A stretch of 64,000 nt of DNA, from assembly GCA_964624885.1 (NCBI GenBank), contig CAZUZY010000004.1, positions 1,438 to 65,437 on the forward strand, read 5' to 3'. Of this stretch, positions 62,855 through 64,000 are shown piece by piece (the stretch's first letter is position 1; every line of letters starts with the position of its first letter). The translations under genes were made by a program, and so were the position numbers. The notes below the pieces were generated by a model. The model saw only the letters and a list, made by a program, of their open reading frames with translations, made no database searches and was not told where the DNA came from. This stretch comes from an uncultured Polyangiales bacterium (GTDB lineage Bacteria > Myxococcota_A > Polyangia > Polyangiales > JADJMO01).

Positions 62855-63450
62855 AGCACGAGCTCCCCTTCGAGCACAGCGGCCCGCTGCCGGGCGCGAT
62901 CGCCGCCTGTCTCGGCGTGCTCCTGCTCGGCGCGTTCGTGTGGTCGGCGGAGCTCCCGGCGGCGGCCTCGCCGCCACGACCGACGCCCTCGGTGATCGTG
63001 ATCGAGAAGCCGGTGCCCGTGACGACGCCGACGGCGTCGGCGAGCGCAATGCCCACGCCGAGCGCCAGCGCGGTGGTGGCCTGCGCGCCGCGCGCGTCGG
63101 TGCCGTTCGCGCAGGGCCAGATCGAGGCGCCCACGGAGGCGAAGGAGCTGCTCGCGCCCCTCGTCGCCTACGCCGATGCCCACCCCGAGGCGATCCTCCT
63201 GGTCGACGGGCACGCCGACGCGACCGGCGCCGAGGAGGTCAACGTGGTGCTGAGCCACCACCGAGCCCGGGCGATCGCTGCGCTGCTCGAGGCCCAGAGC
63301 CTCCCCAAGGCTCGACTGGTGGTGCGAGGCTTCGGTGCGTACCAGCCCCTCGAAGGCAAGGCCGAACAGGCCGCCGACAATCGACGCGTGACCGTGCAAG
63401 TGCGGGGGTTGCCCGCCTGTCCTTCGACCCCGACGGAGAAGACTCCATGA
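62851..63450 (+). CDS. OmpA-like (peptidoglycan-binding) membrane-anchored protein
   Basis: The in-frame ATG at 62851 lies within ORF 62410..63450 and overlaps the upstream stop (ATGA). A TM helix (GAIAACLGVLLLGAFVW) and a Pro/Thr/Ser linker come first. The OmpA-C-like part is ILLVDGHADATGAEEVNVVLSHHRARAIAALL...VVRGFGAYQPL...NRRVTVQV. Confidence 0.8.
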   Translation: MKHELPFEHSGPLPGAIAACLGVLLLGAFVWSAELPAAASPPRPTPSVIVIEKPVPVTTPTASASAMPTPSASAVVACAPRASVPFAQGQIEAPTEAKELLAPLVAYADAHPEAILLVDGHADATGAEEVNVVLSHHRARAIAALLEAQSLPKARLVVRGFGAYQPLEGKAEQAADNRRVTVQVRGLPACPSTPTEKTP

Positions 63451-64000
63451 TGCTCGTCACGCTGATCCTCGGCACCGCTGGAGCAGCGACCTTCTTCACC
63501 TCGGGCTTCCTGCTCGCCGCGCGGCGCGGCGTCGGCGCACGCGACGCGCTGCGCGAGGACGCCGAGGTGGCGACCGCGAGCCTTCGTGCCCAGGTGGCCG
63601 AGGTCGATCGGCTCCGCGACGAGACCCACCGCCTGCGCGCCGACGAGGCCAAGCTGGCCGCCGAGCTCTCGGGCCTCCGCAGCACGGCCGATGCCGCCCG
63701 CCACTACGCGGACGGGCGCTCGGTGGAGACGGCGGCGCTCCAGGCCGACACGCAGTCGCTGCGCGCCGACCACGCGCGGATCCAAGGCGAGGCGCAGGCG
63801 CTGCGGCAGGAGCTCACCCGCACCCGCGACCTCTTGCAGCGCAACCAGGACGACCTGGCCGCGGCGCGCGCCGAGCTCGCCGAGCTCGTGTCTCGCTTCG
63901 CCGAGCGAGGCAAGGGTCAGGCGGAGGGGCAGCTGCGCGAGGTGCAGCGCGTCCTCGCGCCACTGATGGAGAAGGAGCGGCTCGCCAAGGCGCTCGCGGC
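63447..64000 (+). CDS. Membrane-anchored coiled-coil protein; partial, continues beyond the window end
   Basis: Absent from the ORF track because it has no stop in the window. My translation from the ATG at 63447 (which overlaps the upstream stop) gives MMLVTLILGTAGAATFFTSGFLLAARRG. Uninterrupted Ala/Arg/Glu/Leu heptad-like sequence follows (LRAQVAEVDRLRDETHRLRADEAKLAAEL...) to base 64000. Confidence 0.7.
   Translation, partial: MMLVTLILGTAGAATFFTSGFLLAARRGVGARDALREDAEVATASLRAQVAEVDRLRDETHRLRADEAKLAAELSGLRSTADAARHYADGRSVETAALQADTQSLRADHARIQGEAQALRQELTRTRDLLQRNQDDLAAARAELAELVSRFAERGKGQAEGQLREVQRVLAPLMEKERLAKALA

Overview
High-GC bacterial chromosome segment: about 70-78 percent GC in core genes, hand-counted on a few 60-nt lines only. 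Gene content suggests Myxococcota; this is inference only, with no search possible. The pointers are a TIGR02265/DUF2378-like protein, an AgmX/PglI-like lipoprotein, FIST sensors, a Ser/Thr kinase fused to a receiver, RCC1 and Kelch lipoproteins, and a very high density of Cys-lipobox lipoproteins. I call about 55 protein genes and found no rRNA, tRNA or CRISPR array. Layout: (i) 1-10.1 kb is a compositionally mosaic accessory island. It holds a partial Kelch lipoprotein, an RHS/TcC-like toxin with an HNH tip and a DUF4265-like immunity gene, a DUF2924 plus tyrosine-integrase pair, three ORFans at about 58 percent GC, and an 825-bp non-coding stretch with two 144-bp direct repeats. (ii) 10.3-19.5 kb holds lipoproteins, an AraC/VOC pair, an SRPBCC membrane protein and a probably frameshifted PH-like membrane protein. 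(iii) 19.5-23.2 kb and 32.3-38.3 kb are two paralogous FIST / histidine kinase / response regulator modules with different outputs (LuxR HTH versus GGDEF-EAL). (iv) 23.5-32.3 kb is a secreted-lipoprotein block. (v) 38.3-44.2 kb is a sigma54 enhancer-binding protein divergent from a sigma54-type promoter that drives a ThDP enzyme, a KASIII-like protein lacking the His/Asn motifs, and a hybrid kinase. I rank this as the best candidate for an undescribed small-molecule/signalling cassette. (vi) 44.3-52.1 kb holds a GH104 lysozyme lipoprotein plus HEAT protein, then a Ser/Thr kinase-receiver fusion translationally coupled to a hybrid HK-HPt, and a DUF4139 lipoprotein. (vii) 52.2-59.4 kb holds an orphan MCP, an AraC/GyrI-MAPEG pair, an acyl-CoA synthetase, ClpP, a CheX-like protein and a CDF transporter. 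(viii) 59.6-64.0 kb is a tightly overlapping six-gene operon: PAS-HK, Roadblock/LC7, a flavodiiron-like MBL domain, REC-DUF4388, an OmpA-like protein and a coiled-coil membrane protein. Many very long ORFs in the supplied track are stop-poor-frame artefacts of the high GC content and were rejected. Start codons are my best choices from signal peptides, RBS-like purine runs and start/stop overlaps. Family names come from motif recognition and memory, not from searches.
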